A DNA stretch of 62,973 nucleotides, filler included, from Choristocarpus tenellus KU-1152 (lineage: Eukaryota > Protista > Phaeophyceae): NCBI GenBank assembly GCA_964200185.2. It is 13 parts of 13 records of this genome, joined end to end, with 100 filler letters (N's around TTAATTAATTAA, not from the genome) between each part and the next. Parts side by side here need not be neighbours in the genome. Positions count along the whole stretch, not along the records: positions 24,495 to 33,551 come from CAXNAD020004037.1; positions 33,652 to 40,234 come from CAXNAD020007814.1; 11 more parts are not named here. One strand, written 5' to 3'. Numbering within the stretch: position 1 is the stretch's first letter; each line of letters starts with the position of its first letter. The notes beneath the pieces were generated by a model. It had not been told where the DNA came from and did no database searches. It saw nothing but the letters and a program-made list of their open reading frames with translations. Of the stretch, positions 26,077-38,500 are shown piece by piece. The position numbers and the translations under genes are program-made.

Positions 26077-28600
26077 ATGTTAACGGTTTCTGTTCCTCGC
26101 ACGAGCGAGTTGGTATTCTTCTCTAGCCTACATGGAAGGGCAAGAAGAGAACAACGAGGCATCGACAAGCGTGATTTACAAGCAGCAGTAAAGTATGGCA
26201 GACGGGAAATGACGTTTAGTGATCCACGAACTGGACGACCAAGGTGGAAGTACACATATGCCAATATTGTTTACATCACCGATGAGTCTTCCACTCGCGA
26301 GATTACCTCTTGGAAGGAACCCCTGGCAATACCTCATGCGGGGCTGACACAGGAGCAGGTCGATGAGCACGACAAAACGCGTAAGTGGCTACTACAGAAT
26401 CCGTCGTTGTGCACTTCGCACACCGTCATTGTGGTGGATCAATCCGCGTCCATGAGACGGTCTGACGTGCTCGACTTTCGTAGCCGATCTGAGGCCGTTT
26501 TTGCGACATTGTCTCTTGACTTTGTTGCCAAGCAGCGACTGGCTCGGGAAGGCATGGATACGTGCGTGGTATCCCTGGTTCGAATGGATCATGAAGGCCA
26601 TGTGCTTTTTGAGAGGGAACCTATGGGTTTGGTGCTGTATAATAAGTTCGTTGACCTCCACCACAGTTCTTTGCCGGCTTCACACGGCAATTACCTCCCT
26701 GCACTGGACGAAGCCGAACGATTACTCAAGCGCCGCTGCCACTGCTCCTGCGCACTATGCTTGCTTTTCTTATCCGATGGAAGACCAAGCGACAAACGGA
26801 TCAAGCGTAGAGAATTGGAGGCGGCGATGGCAGGTCGAGTGCAAGCTTTGGCAAGTATCTTCGGCCAGCAGCTCACAGTTGGTACTGTTGGGTTTGCTGC
26901 CAAAGATTCAGACTTTTCTATACTCAGGGCCATGGCAAAGGCCGCGAGAGAAGCGGGTGCGAAAGTCATGTTCCACCAGCCTGAGCTTTCATCCTCAGGT
27001 CTAGGAACGGCCATTGCCCAAAGCGTCACCTCCCTTACGGCTACACGGGTGATGCTCACATCACTGGCAACAAGGCATGGTGAACTCCGTGCACCACTTC
27101 GTCAAGTGGAGAGAGAGGCTGCGGCCATCCACTGGACCCATGACCGTACAATTGTAGGTGTGGACGATGGGTGGTCCTTTTATACAGTGGGTGTCATGCG
27201 CTGCGAATACTCTGATGTTAAGGCTCGGTGTGGTGGAAGCCCTTGGTTTCGTGTTGAACCCTTCTGTCCACGAGCTAATGGTATTGCCATAAAGAACAAG
27301 GCACTGGGACAGGGTGCCCAGCGATTGGTCTTCGGTATGCAGGTGATGCAATTTGAAAATCACAGAATCCCAACTGTATGATTCTAAGTACTATCATTGC
27401 ACATATTTATGTCTTGCACTGTAAGAACTATCTTTATTATGCCTTACATCAGATCTTGCCAATAGAAGTAGTGCCCACCATTAGGCTTACTAGTTTGTGT
27501 TCCTCCATGCCCTTCAATTTGAAAGTTTACTCATCTCCCTCCAAATCACACTTGTCACAATTATATGCATGCTAATAATGCTACATGTGGAAGACCTCCA
27601 AGGGGTCGTAGTTGAGTCTCATCCAATTTTTCATGCCATTGTTTGGTAGTGATGACCTACATTCCATGTTGCTTGTCCACATCAGGAAATTGAAGTGCGC
27701 AACAACATCAAGGCCTTGGTGGGACCTCGTCTCGTGGCCAAGGAAAGCTGTCATGATACATCCTGTGACAACATTGACTTCCACCAGTCCTTCGCAAAAA
27801 CACAGCTGATGGCCAGCCGGATAGCAGTCAAGTTTAATGAGAAAGTTAAAGATCAGATATCCCTCCTTGGCCCAAGCTTTCGATCAAGACATGTGGCCAA
27901 GATCACCTTCCTGCCTTGTTGGGTATACTTCTTCCGTGAGCACGGTGTAATGTGTAGGGTTCTTGTGGAGAAAATGTTGCCACCACGGGGATACACAAAG
28001 TGGAACAGCAACAATGGTTACGTCCTCCACCTTCCTGTAGCAGAGACCTCAGAGAACATGGTGCAGGGCAAAAAAATAAGCACAATCCAGGAGGGTGATG
28101 AGGATGGCACTATCTCGAGCACTTCCAGTGGTTTAAGTTACCTAAATGGCACTAGTGATGCAGGCAATAGAACCAGGCTGATGCCAGGAATATCTATCGA
28201 AGGTGCTCATGAAAAGACTATAGTTTGTGTTAGCGACATTGGGAGTGATAAAGGAAACTATATTCGAGGGGCGTCACCTCCACATCAATCCACAGGCTTC
28301 CACTTCAGTCCACAGGCAGGGGACTTCCCGCAAGCGTTTTCACACTTCTCATACGTGCATACGAAACGGAAAATGCTAGTGTGTGATCTGCAGGGTATAT
28401 TATCCAAAGTGCAACCTCCTGTGGATGGCCGCTCAGGGGTTTTCGAGCTGACAGACCCTGTTATTCACTACAAGTCCACCAAGGGTCGGCGCCAAGTGTA
28501 TGGGCATACAGATATGGGCATGAAAGGTGTGCAAGAATTCTTCAAAACTCATATGTGCAACGATGTTTGCCAGCTACTAGGTATTGCTGGTTTCAGTTAA
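26077..28600 (+). CDS. DUF4258/BECR-like putative RNase - vWA - alpha-kinase (eEF2K/MHCK family) fusion, ~726 aa; exons 26077-27342 and 27686-28600
   Basis: N-terminal SLHGRARREQRGIDKRDLQAAVKYG...RWKYTYANIVYITD...EITSW; vWA MIDAS VVDQSASM and LSDG; alpha-kinase motifs LGQGAQR, VAKES, VEKML, KWNSNNG, PQAFSHFSY, VCDLQG, LTDPVIH, YGHTDMG and the zinc site HMCNDVC. One phase-0 GT-AG intron. The start codon is uncertain. Confidence 0.88.
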
Positions 28601-29199
28601 TTATGCAGTACAAGATTTCTTAGATGGAACACTTATTTGCAATGGGCCCATGATATTTTGTTTATTATGCTTTAGGTGTCCTTTCTTGCAGTCAAGGTCA
28701 GGAAAGTTTCTTTTTTGTAAAGACCTCCAGCTTAGGTGTGTGTCAAAAGCTTGTAATGGCTTTGGAAGGCATAGTATGGGCACTCAGAAGTCATGTGTAA
28801 TTGCTGTAGTTAGGACAGGTATCTGTATAGTTAGAAGATAGTTGTGCATACAAGTTCCGAGTAGTTTTTTTACTTCAGTCAGGAAATGTGCAACATTCCT
28901 CAAGGTGAAGTTGTTTCGTGATTGGAATGGAATGGAATAGATGTAACACTACAAATTTGAAGTTTCGATCATTTTTTTGCATAATTTGTGTACCCCCAAT
29001 CCGCATCTATCTGCAGGTGAGTTGGTGTGGGCAGAGATGATCAATTTTACATCGATTGGTCTTGGGGTGTTGCTATTTGTTGTTTCTTATCTTGCGTCTG
29101 TGTAGTCAACAGTCAAGCCTGAATAGAAGCAAATGAAGCGACGTGATATACTTTTTTTGCTAGCGAAAAGACTTCCGGTCTCGTTTCAACCAATCATTG

Positions 29200-30120
29200 A
29201 ACCTCTCACAGCTCAGCATGAGGAGATATGTCCATGGCAAGTTTCCTGTGCAAAGTAACGTTTGGCAACTGCAGCTTCTTAGTATATGCAAAGAGCTCTA
29301 TACTTTTACTAGCGTCACTTACAGATTGGGTAGATGGTGTGTGTCACCCATCTCCCTCTGCGTGTCGGAGTTGTCTCTAGGGGGGAATTTTCAACTCTCA
29401 TCTACTAAAACTGAAGGTTCTCCCGGAGAGACTTTCTCATAAATGGTGGAAGACAAAGAAGTCTGCTAATTAGGTGGCTCCCAATGCCTGGGTCTGCTTC
29501 ATCAACCGCCCAGCCAGGTTTATGTATGCCTTGATCAACCAACACCTGAAGAGGTTGAGTAACACCTGCAGAAAGAAGGCAAAACTCTATAGCAAATTGA
29601 AGGAGGGTATGTACCTGGCAGGGTTGTGAGATCCCTAGTAGTTGATTCATCTCCTCAATGTGACCTTCTGAGCTGCATGTATTAATAGTGTTGTCATATT
29701 CATGTTGGCGAGGGGGTTGTTTGAGGAAGATACAGTACAGCGGCATAGTGAAAAGTACAAAAACGAAAAAAATCCCTCTGTCAGTTACTCTTGTGCCTAT
29801 GTGTCTCCTTTGTGGTTGTCCCCACCATGTGAATTTGCTCATATTAGCTCGATATGCTGCAAGTTCTCCTTGCTTCTTAAGATGCTCTTTATTTTTATGC
29901 CGAAAGCAAAGCAAGAAGCCCTTCTCGTCACATCATTTCTCGGCAATATACAGCCTTGTTCATGAAGACATTGTAACCTCTTGTCTTCGACTGTACAACC
30001 CTTGTAGAAAGTATGTACTCCGGAGTACATTGTCACACCTGGCTGGTATCATTAGTTGAAGTCAAATGTTGTGCTAATAATGATACTAAGTAGGCCCCTG
30101 CCTAATCAGCCAATGCTTAA
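29200..30120 (-). pseudogene. Possible ISL2EU/Harbinger-type DDE transposase relic
   Basis: VLVDQG...LLCLPPFMRK...QF** and NTINTCSSEGHI resemble DDE_Tnp_4 motifs (xDxG; PPF...QF; NTxK...PxG.I); multiple stops. Confidence 0.38.
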
Positions 30121-31399
30121 GACATTCCCTGGTGTCTTCACAAGACTTGACCAACCAATAAAATGAATCGAAGATTGTTCCCTAACCAAGTGAGCCTGCC
30201 TGTAGACGTAAAAACACAATTTATACAACTGAAGTGTTTTTAACTGTGCAATCTGCATTACACCTTTTTGCCCTTGTGCTGGAAGATGAGGATATTAATA
30301 CAAGCATCAATCCCAAATGCATGCACTTGCTCCCAACTTCATATCAATATTAGGGGAAATCGTTGTTTTCCGTCCTTCCTTGGCTTCACCACATATTTCC
30401 TATTATTCGTACGGTTATGTCTCAGTTCCATTTCCTGCTTTCTTGTTGTTTGTGGCGCTCATTTGGCAGTCAAGGAGGGTAGAATAGAGGGGGAAAGGTT
30501 GAGTAAAAAAATATCTCCATTCTCTTCAATAACCAGGTAGAGGGGAAGGGGGCTGATATGATGATAGTTACATATATATCGACCACTTCGCATCTAGTTG
30601 TAGCTACTGACTAATATCATATGCTTCGAAGTGTACTCTGAGAAAAAGATATATACAAAGCGCATACATATATCCTTAAATGCGAGTCCCAGCAGGTGGT
30701 AGTACGATGGTGATGTCGTAAGGGCAGGTGCCATGCAACAACAACTTCGTGCAGCACAAGGCTCTTCTTTCAAGGTCATCGCGTGCATTCTCTACCAGGC
30801 TCCGTACAACATGCTGCGATGTGATTGGACCACAACAGCATTATCGTAAAAATAATTTGTGGAACTGGCCTGTCAGATTGGTCTAGAGAAGTGGAAGTGG
30901 ACCACAACTAACTGTAACCCTTTCTGGATCACTTGAGGAGACTTTCAAGTGACCTCCCAGGCAGGTTAGCCTTAATGTGCCGTTGAGCTCTACAATTTTC
31001 ACGGAGTGGCAGAATATATTTGGGAAGTTGACTGTTTTAACGTCTAGTGCTACTTACTATTCTTTCAAATACTCTCTTCACTACCCAAAGCTAAATATGG
31101 GTTGTAAGGGATACATAGTTGTAAGGGATACATAGTTGTAAGGCACCCCATTGAAGTGTACTGTGTGAATTTCGAGTAATTTTAAACCACTTGATCCATT
31201 GCTGAAAAGAGTTGAGATTAAGACATTAAGTTTGTATGGCCATTACCATTAACTTTGTCTGTAGGAAAGATACTATATTGTTATATTATTTTGCCCTCTG
31301 ACATTTTACAGATGTGTCAGGGGGGAAACTAATGAAAACTATACACATACAATCCTGTCCATAGATATTACTAGTAATTTTAGATATGAAGCGAACATC

Positions 31400-32700
31400 A
31401 TAAAGTGGTATCAGTAGCTTCGCGGTCTGTGGCAATCTTGAGTTTTTTCACGTGCAGCCGCATCAGATATACAACAATATATATATCAAATGAAAGGGTC
31501 TGACAAGAGCTTTTGAAGGTTTGTATCCACGAATGTCCAGGCTTCGGGGAACGGGATCTATGTCCCGATTAACAATGGAAAAAACGCAAGTTTGAAGGTT
31601 ACGACTTCAAGACGGACAAAAATGAAGTGATTGGCTGAGCTCCTTGCAGAAAACTGATCCGGGGTAGGTCCCTACCCAAGTTTGGCTGGTGGGGCTGTAC
31701 TGAAAAAAATTTCAAGATTTTCGGACATCTTTTTAACGCCTTTTGCAGACTTTCTGTGAACACACACACAGGTGACCCACACAGCAATATGGACCACGAC
31801 AGTGAGAAAAGGAGATCCGACAAGGTCACTCTGCTCCCTGGATCTACCCTCGGCACCTTCTCTGTCGAGATGTGACCAAAAAACAAGTTCCGTGTGACAT
31901 TCGGTGCGATGTTAGGCGACAAGAAAGTGCGTGGACTGTGGCGCAGCAGCACGATCAAATCGCGTAATGGACCACGCGGCCACGACACTGACACTGAGAG
32001 AAGATACATTGAAAGCATTACTACACAAACGTGGTTGGATCTTCAACCACCTCGGAGCACTGCTCTGCAGTCTCTGCCGCCTCGGGAAAGCAGGAAGAGA
32101 GCAGCGAGTCTATAACCAGGTGTGGTGCAGTGACGAAGTCTGTGGGGAAGCCTGGTCACGGCTGGGCGAAGGGAGAACCAGAGTGACCGACCGAAGGAAC
32201 GTTTGGGGAGGAGAGTAGTGCGACTGCATGCCATTGCGCTCAGGAAACGCCTAAGCGAAAACCCTGGTATAGAATATCTTAGTAGTCGACAGTTGCCGCA
32301 GGCCGAAGCTGTTTTGAAGCTATGGGAGCCAGAGTGGCTTAGCAAACGAGAAAGAAGGTGTTAGGGTTGGGCTACAAGGGCTCTGAAGCCCGAAAGAAAG
32401 TAACCTATTTCCGGCGCTCAACGAGGAAATGTGATAGTAGAGACTCTAACACTGCGAATCCTGTACCTGTGTGTGAACGACGTGAAAGACCGTCAAACGG
32501 CACTCGAGATGGCAGCAGGATATGCGATGGTCAGATCGGAAACTGTGAGCAAATGGGAGAGAGAACTCCTAACTAAGGGTCACATCAAGGTTTCGGAGCA
32601 AGGGCGAGGCGAGATGCGTTTCGTTCTGGGCCTCGAAGAGGACACCCTTACCGAGGTCAAAGAGTGGATTCACGAACACACAGGAAGAAAAGGTGGGGAG
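31400..32700 (+). mobile_element. Probable DNA transposon 5' part with an IS630/Tc1-like HTH region, degenerate
   Basis: ALEMAAGYAMVRSETVSKWERELLTKGHIKVSEQGRG...LEEDTLTEVKEWI resembles the N-terminal HTH/linker of ITm transposases; upstream frames are broken by stops; no catalytic DDE seen. Confidence 0.42.
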
Positions 32701-33410
32701 GCTTTTTCCCACCTAAACTTATACTTTAATCAAGTAATAGTGTGTCTGTTGCCACTCTTGGTGACCTACAATCCCGGGTTCGAATCCCAATATGACCGGT
32801 CTTTCTTCAAAAAAAGAAAAAAATGGCGAAAAATAAAAAACGAAGCCCGTACTCTGGAGGGCATTGTGACTGGCATCACGAATATGCTTTTATTTTTTGA
32901 TCTGATGTCTACATCAAACGTTATGACGGGACAACCCCAGACGCATAAGCTACTGGTACCACTATGTGTGACAGGCGAATAACACGAGCATTTCTTCTTG
33001 TGTTCTAACAGAGTGCCAGCATTACACGCGCATAGCGCGAGCATTTCTTCTCACGTCTTAGCAAACACGAACAGTTGTGACAGACGAATAGTGCGAGCAT
33101 TGTTTCTCGCGTTCTAACAAGTGTGAACAATACACGATATTAGTAACACAGGTAGCCTTACAAACAGAATAAATGCTGATTTCGTAGAAGATACAGAGTA
33201 AGATTCGTAATGCATAAGTAACAAACATTACAGAAGAAAATGTCGAAGTTCCTAAGAAGTTGCAGAATAAAGGTTTATGATTAGAGTACGTGTAGAGCAG
33301 TTGCATAGAAGATCAAAGAAATTGGGTGGATGATGAAAACAATAAGAGGGCTTTTGGTCAAAACACCTTTACCCCCCTTAATCAGTTTTTTAAATATTGA
33401 ACTTAACATT

Positions 33411-33551
33411 GGCTTAAAGTATCTGTGAGGGGGTGGCGACTGTCCATTTGGGGTCATTTTTTTCATTTCGCAATTTTTGGGTGATTTGGTTGCATACGTC
33501 GGATGGTTACTGTAAATGCACTTTTACTGATTTTGACCCAAATGGACACCC
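33411..33551. mobile_element. MITE family B, partial (contig end)
   Basis: ggcttaaagtatctgtgagggggtggcg plus family B interior. Confidence 0.8.
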
Positions 33552-33787
33552 NNNNNNNNNNNNNNNNNNNNNNNNNNNNNNNNNNNNNNNNNNNNTTAAT
33601 TAATTAANNNNNNNNNNNNNNNNNNNNNNNNNNNNNNNNNNNNNNNNNNNNAAAGGTGGGGCTTCATCATCAGTCTAGACGTGAGAACAAAGTGGATCTT
33701 CCATGTGTGACAACTCGAATGACGAGCTGTACCAAGTCCGTGGAATTGTTCACATGAAGAACTTCCATAGTTTCATTCTTACAGAAA

Positions 33788-33900
33788 GGTCTGTCAGTGA
33801 AATCATGGACTCTTGACTGGGAACCTCAACCAGTACCACGGTATAACGGTGTACGGCATACGGCAATAACGGTATAATAACAGGCAAACATGCTTTCCAT
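33788..33900. repeat. Dispersed repeat family E; reverse-complement copy at ~46938-47052
   Basis: tcagtgaaatcatggactcttgactgggaacctca...cagtaccacggtataacggt...aaacatgctttcca occurs at both sites. Confidence 0.8.
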
Positions 33901-35540
33901 TATGATTTGCAGCACCTTGAAAGTGAAGAGTTTTGAAAAAAGGGTTGTGAGGATTCAAATTGTCAGGATCTTAAAAAAAGAGTAACCCAATAGTTTATGA
34001 ATTCACTCATGTGACGTTGTATCCATGGAGCTTTATTTCTACAGAGAATAGAACCACATATTACAACACACACAAGAGACAAAGAACTATTCGATACCCA
34101 TCTGAATCGAAGGTCTCAAACCAAAAACACTGAAGAAATTCATTTTTGCCTCTTTGCAGCAATGTACCGACCCGATCTAACCCACTTTTTTTCACTTTTG
34201 CACTCTCTTCAAGAAAATATGGTGTCACTTCAACATAGTAAAGGAAGGTATGGGAAGACTGACCGTCCACCCACGTCACCACGATCAACCTCTCTCATCA
34301 AGGTTTCCTATCCCCCTTTAATTGCCCTTTCTACTGGCAAGAAGTTGCTTCTCGATCTCCTCCTTACAGGAACGAATTCTTGAGATGTTCCTAATACCAA
34401 CACTGCATTGCTTTGCTACACTGCTGTGGTTGGTTCATCTTGTGCCTACCTAGCCAGTCAACCACTTCACCCTAATCAGTCAAAGATATTCACTTACCTC
34501 TTTTTGTGGGTGCAACCTGGTGCGTCATCCTTACTCTTCTTGTAGTGCTTTGCCATGCTGGGAGGTATTGACTCCAAACGTGTTTTCGAAATTTCCCCCG
34601 AAAGCAAACAAACCCCTGTCTGACTGACATCTATAACTTGTTGGCGAAGAGAGTTTTTTTTCTAGTTGGAGGAGAAAAAGTCACAGGTACAATAATGGGA
34701 TCATTATCACTCGTGATGCCCTAGTCACCCTTCTTCTTATCAGAAATATACTCATTGGGAGCATGACAGTTTGAAGCACAGCCTCATCTCATTTATCCCC
34801 ATCTAGATCCACACTGCCACAATTTCCAAGGAGGTAGCCTCCTCATCAACGACTAGTTATTTGTGCTTAGAGAAATATATATGATGGTCTGGGCATGTTG
34901 GTAGGAATGAGACAGCGACGTTGCACTGCACACAGCATGGCTAGAGTATAGACAAGGTACTCTGTAGTAGGCTCTTACATGATCCCAAATGGGGTTTTGG
35001 TAATCCTTGACAGGCATGTCTGTTCATATCAACACAACTATGTTGAAGACGGAAAAACATAACATATATAGAGGCATCAAAATGAGCCTTATTTAGGGTT
35101 CACTTAAAAAGGGCAATTGATGGTACTGTTTCAAAAAGTATTCCCTCTTCCTTTTTTTGGCTCTAAATTAATCTCTTCCATATTTATGGGAAAGACCAAT
35201 TATTTTCAGTCATAGATCTTGAAGGACATGATTACATGATATTCAAGATCCTGGCACTTAAATAGTTTTTGTTGAGAAAGTTCAAGGATCGTCCTGCTTA
35301 TTGGGTTTCGTTGTGGTCAACCTTGTTTACTCTACGTATAACAACCTTTATAGATACTACTGGTACTAACTATAGTATAAATTGATGCAGATACAAGGAG
35401 CAAGTTTTACTTGTCTCACCATAAAGATGAAGGACAACAGAACATAAATCGAACAACATGATGGGAAAAGTAAGGAGTAACGATTTCACAAACAAGATAG
35501 AAGGAGGATCATTTCGTTAGGTCCATTTGCTTTACCATAG

Positions 35541-38500
35541 TAACACTATACGTGTGAAAAGTTTGAAGGTTGCGACCAAACGGCTGAACATGCCTCTCCC
35601 TGGGGTACGGGGATTGCTAACCCCAAAGGCCAGCCCCCCAACAGCAGTAAGGTCCAGTATAAAAGTTGGTCCAGGAAGACCAGTATCATTAACGAAAAAG
35701 TAAGTGTTGGTCTTGACGATAGAATCCTTGTATGTGACCCTTTCCATGTCGGAACTGGTACATCAGTCCAGGGGAATGTTGATAACTTGGTCAGGGTAAT
35801 CTTGTTCGTTCTATGGGAAAGGATCCCCTATACTCTTGTTCTTGTGCGCCGGTATGACGCAGCGTTACTATAGAAGTGCTGGGTCAACGGCCTATATTCT
35901 AAGTGTTCGAACCTAACCTTGTGGATGCGTGCTTTCCTTTGGGAAGTTTCACTTAGACATTTTCTCTAGCTATGTGTCATGCTTCTTTGTGCAATTGAAA
36001 TTCTGGAACAATCATCGTTGCTCCCTTCTACTCTCCTCCTCTCTTGTTAGAACCCCTGAGATGGCGCCGTTGCAGCTTCCTTCCATTGAATGGAGTGTCC
36101 TCAAACTCACAGCAAGCGTCATCACGGTTGGGTGGGAGAAGTTGATTGAGGGCAACGGAAACGAAAAATTGAACTCGGCGATGAGCGCATGGGGTGGGGA
36201 TGTCATCTCGATTGCGAGTGACGAGACACGTAGGGAACCAACGGATGTGGAGCCAGTGCCATTCTCGCCCTCCACGTCGAAGTTCGCGAAGCAAGCGATG
36301 GTGAGTGGATCGGTCATCTAAATGAGCAATTTGCACCAGCTTAAAAAAATACTGACGACAAAGTACTATTTATACTTAAGATAGTACAGTCTATATATCC
36401 CATGACGCGGGCTTCCCCAACATCTAGAATAGGGAGCTTTAATGTCGAGAGTCTGGCAGTGGTAGAGAGTGTGCATAGCGGCTTCGAACGGTAGGTATTA
36501 TCGCAAACATTACCTGCATTGTTTACTAAATCTATAAAAAGAAGATAGTGGTTGTTGGCCTTCACTAGTACCCCTAATACTCCAATGCAGTCAAGAATAC
36601 GAGCACCTTCAGATTCCAAGGACTACTTGAGAGTGCTACCTGGCACGCTCATTGTTGTTGCTGAAGATTTCTGTTTTACGTTGTACTATCGCTTTTTGCC
36701 AACCAGAGATACGCATTTCCTCTTAGACAAACTCTTTTGAAACATCACCTACCCGTTCTATTTTAGGTAGTGACGCTTGCGAATCGATATATTTATGTTA
36801 GTTTCTCTCCTTGAAATAGCAAATGCTCCGTACAGGTCTGACCCTGATTGCTTGTTGCGGTATATTCTCACGCAGGATAAAATATCTGACTCTGGCGAGG
36901 GCACACAGGAGGCCAAATTAGTAGTGCCACAAGAGCCAGCGCGAGCAACAAAATTTAATATGCCCAAATTGCATGAATTACGCCTTTGCGTGAAGGCGGA
37001 AAAGAAAAACAATGTGAAGTTCTTCGAGGACTTTGTACAGGGCGTTGTAGGTAACATGGAGAATGGACAACCAGAGGTGAGAGCTTCTAACAAGTCAAAC
37101 TTGTTCCAACATTGTTCCTTGGTCATATCTGGATAAGTAATGTAAGGCGGGAGGGCGGGAAGATCAGGACTTGTGGCATTTTTTGTGGCCAATTGATGTA
37201 GATGTTGCCACCATGCTCATGAGTGCAAAATGTGGCAGATTGTGTGGGTCTTTTGTACAGACTTCAGATCTACCTACATGCAATGAAGAACAGGCACTCA
37301 ACCTCTGTGTCTTTTTGTTCATCTGCATCAAGGAATTAATGTGATCTATTCAAAGTTGTGTAAATGGAACATAAAGCACTTTGTATCTCACCAGGCTCGA
37401 AGAAGGTTCTATCAAGTTTCTTTTCTATACTTCCAGGAGTTAGGTATTTGGTATACTATTCAAATGAATATTGACTGTATTGCACAGCCAAATTCTGGTA
37501 TTGCTTGAGTAGATGACTCTTTACGATATTCAAGATTGTAATGCTACATTCCCTTATGATTATGTGCCTGCTGAGGGTGTGTCATTCAACACGTTCAGAG
37601 AATAGCAGTAGGCATAACAGCTCCACTCGAGACTATGTTCTCCCCCACTCCTTGGTGATACCTGACAATTGAGGATCTTTTCTTCTGTAAATTATTCTCT
37701 CATTTCAACTGCAAGAGGTCAGTGAGTGTGTATCCTTCAACTGAACCCCAAATCCTTCACTCAAGATCTCCACAGATGAGCCAACCAGTGTATCGTCAAG
37801 CCATTCACATACATGCAATGGATGAATGTTCACTCTGTGCTACAGGCCAGAATCTATCTTTTGAATTTGTATTGTTTCATGGTGCAGTGGTTGTGATGTT
37901 TTTCCATGTCACACACCCCAAACTCAGACAGTTGTCTAGTGCCTGGTACAGCAGGTGATTCGCATTGCCCTTGTGTTGATGGTAATTATGCTCTGCAAAT
38001 TGTTGCACTGTACACATTTGTGTATGCTGCTCTCTCTCTCTCTCTCTCTACTATACCCAGAGGGCTCAAGTGTGTAATCATGTGTACATACTTTACATAC
38101 TTACTGTGACCGGCAACTTGTAGAGCTCATGTTGCCTTAGGTGGTGGTTACACGGAAACGCGTGGTATAAGCTCTTTCGGTCTCTTTTTTTTTTGAGCAG
38201 CAAAGTCTCGCGAGCTCTATATAGCGGCAGGATCCTAATGCAAAGGAGACACAGTAATGCGTCTAGGAGGAGAGAGGGAAGGGATACGTCCCAGCCTTGG
38301 CACAGACAGTGAAATGTCTCTTGTATTTGAACTGATACCTGACAGTGTGCCCCATGTTTGCCGAAGAGGTTGGCAGAGCACAAATGGTCAAGAAACAGGC
38401 ATGCACAAATATATATTAATGTGTATAGGAACCCTCTCTCTCCCTTTCCACCAGCAAAGAGCTGGTGCTCATCCCTATGCCCGCTCACACCATTTTGCCT

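Noticed and set aside
32740-32800. tRNA gene (ggttcgaatccc B-box)
   Set aside because: No convincing acceptor, D or anticodon stems; at most a degenerate tRNA-derived SINE fragment. The same applies to ~8498 and ~40075-40140 (minus strand).
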